In this document: one piece after another, positions 61,922-64,000 of the stretch | Layout: every line of letters starts with the position of its first letter | How positions within the stretch are numbered: position 1 is the stretch's first letter | From: Mobula hypostoma | Lineage: Eukaryota | DNA: 64,000 bases | Assembly: GCF_963921235.1 (NCBI RefSeq) | Contig: NC_086108.1 | Span: 99,946,001 to 100,010,000, forward strand | Direction of reading: 5' to 3' | Notes under the pieces: generated by a model | Databases searched by the model: none | Told to the model about the DNA's origin: nothing | Seen by the model: the letters and a program-made list of their open reading frames with translations, nothing else | Made by a program: the position numbers and the translations under genes

Positions 61922-62571
61922 GCATTTTGTTCTTCCGCCAGGTCATTAATGTAAGTAGTAAACAATTGAGAGGCAAGAACTCATCTCTAGGATATCCCAC
62001 AAGAACTGGGATATTCCACAGGAACTGATCTCCAGGATACCCCACAGGAACTGATGTCTGGCACAGCCCACAGGAACTGACCTCTGGGATACTCCACAAG
62101 AACTGATCTCTAGGATATTCCACTTGCCACATCATTCCAATCGGAAAAGGATACTTTTTGTTCCAGTCTTGATGAAGGGTCTCGGCCCATAACATCGACT
62201 GTTTACTCTTTTCCATAGATGCTGCCTGGCCTGCTGAGTTCCTCCAGCATTTTGTTCTTCCGCCAGGTCATTAATGTAAGTAGTAAACAATTGAGAGGCA
62301 AGAACTCATCTCTAGGATATCCCACAAGAACTGGGATATTCCACAGGAACTGATCTCCAGGATACCCCACAGGAACTGATGTCTGGCACAGCCCACAGGA
62401 ACTGACCTCTGGGATACTCCACAAGAACTGATCTCTAGGATATTCCACTTGCCACATCATTCCAATCGGAAAAGGATATTTTTTGTTCCAGTCTTGATGA
62501 AGGGTCTCGGCCCATAACATCGACTGTTTACTCTTTTCCATAGATGCTGCCTGGCCTGCTGAGTTCCTCCA
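61922..62571. repeat. Near-perfect 325-bp tandem duplication (2 units)
   Basis: 61922-62246 equals 62247-62571 apart from one substitution seen (62154 C / 62479 T); GCATTTTGT at all three junctions. Confidence 0.96.
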
Positions 62572-63231
62572 GCATTTTGTGTGTGTTTCTTTATTCCAAC
62601 TCTTTGATTTCTATGCGACAGACACTTTTCAATCCATGCTAACGTGCTTCATCCAGTACCCTAGGGCTCTTAATTTATGCTCCAGCCTCTGACGTGGCAA
62701 AAACCTCTGGAAAATCAAAATACATGACATAAAGTTAGATTAGATTAGCTTCATTTAGATTGAAAGAGGAGAATGACTGAAGATGAGGAACAATAGGTCA
62801 ACTACTTTAACATTCATTGTTGGTAAGGTGTTAGAATCAATAATCAAAAACGAAATAACTAGTAATTTCAGAGAGCTCCATACAACCGATCCTAGTCGAC
62901 ATGGTTTTATGAAAGTTTGAAACATCAAAACCTACAGTGAAATGCATTACTTGCATCAATAGCCAACACAGTCTGAGAGTGCTAGGGGAAGACGGAAAGT
63001 ACCACCATGCTTCCAGCACCAACATAACATGCCCATAACTTACTAACCCGTACATCGTTGGAATGTGGGAGGAAACCACAGTACCCAGAGGAAACCCATA
63101 CAGTTATGGGGAGAACACACAGAAAGTGGCAGGATTTGAACCCCTATTGCTGGATCTGAAAATCGCTGCACTAACCGCTACACTACTGTGCTCACCCCCC
63201 CACAGTACAAGTATCATTTCTCCCCATTACA

Positions 63232-63513
63232 GGCACTACGGTCGCATAGTGGTTAGTACAATACTATTACAGCTCAAGGTATTGCAGGGTTCAAAGTTCA
63301 CTTAAGAGTCTGTAAGGACTCGCTGTAGATTCAACCCGTGGAACAAATGTGTGGGTTTTCCCTGTTTTCTCTGGTTTCCTCCCACAGTCCAAAAACGCAG
63401 CGGGTAGGTTAATTGGTCATTGTAAATTATCCCATGATCAGGTTTGTTTGGAGGTTGCTGGGGCATCGTGGCTCGAAGGGCCTGTTCTGTGCTGTATTGC
63501 TAATTAAATAAAT
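63232..63513 (+). mobile_element. tRNA-derived V-domain SINE, CR1-type tail
   Basis: GCATAGTGGTTAG A box, GTGGGTTTTCC...TCCTCCCACAGTCCAAA, tail CGAAGGGCCTGTTCTGTGCTGTA; adjacent minus-strand copy ~62915-63190. Confidence 0.82.
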
Positions 63514-64000
63514 CTTCACAGAACTTAAGCATATTTATCACACATATTTTGCCTTTCAGCTCTCTGAAATGATTAGTTATTTCCTTTTTGATTATTGACT
63601 GTAGCATCTTCACAACAATTAATAGTAAAGTGGCTAGTCTTTAATTTCTCATTTTCTTTCTCCTTTTTTAAACAAAGGTGCCATATTGACTATTTTCCAA
63701 ACTTCTTCTACCCTCCTAGAACTTACAAAGTTTTGAAAAATTTCCAAGTAAATTCAAAGTAAGTTTATTATTTAAGTATGTATATGTCACCATATACTAC
63801 CCTGAGATTCATTTTCATGCAGGCATTCATAGTAGAAAAGAGAAATATAATAGAATCAATGAAAAACCTCACACAAACAAAGGTTGACAAACAAACAATG
63901 TGCAAAAGAAGGCAAACAGTGAATATTAATAAATAAATAAATAGATAGATAGATAGATAAATAAATAAATAAATAAAACTGAGAGTTTTTAAAAGTGATT

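Noticed and set aside
61922..62571. Active retrozyme tandem
   Set aside because: Both hammerhead cores carry the same inactivating changes, and the unit is a CR1/PLE chimera explained by microhomology duplication

Overview
Eukaryotic, repeat-saturated non-coding DNA, most likely from a cartilaginous fish (ray or shark). That assignment is inferred from the repeat set: V-domain (HE1-like) tRNA SINEs, many CR1 LINE 3' fragments, Rex1/Babar LINE fragments, Penelope-like elements (PLEs), RTE-derived short elements, Tc1 and hAT MITEs and probable solo LTRs. I found no host protein-coding exon. Every interpretable ORF is retroelement-derived or a by-product of a tandem repeat. The most notable signal is a dispersed family of about 15 PLE-derived short elements, each carrying a minimal type I hammerhead ribozyme motif (AGTC-CTGANGA-A-stem II-GAAA-CG-TC-GACT, with a palindromic ACGT in place of helix III). 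The motif is intact at 13512-13547 and 41222-41257, is attached to a GIY-YIG-encoding PLE at 29356-31042, sits in a 75-bp-arm palindrome at 44446-44609, and is duplicated in a 325-bp tandem at 61922-62571. Several repeat-free, homeodomain/Sox-motif-rich islands (about 32.1-33.2, 42.8-43.7, 45.8-46.6, 50.8-51.6 and 54.9-55.3 kb) look like conserved vertebrate enhancers, suggesting an intron or gene desert of a developmental regulator. Family names come from motif recognition by eye, not database searches. Boundaries without a stated target-site duplication (TSD) are approximate.
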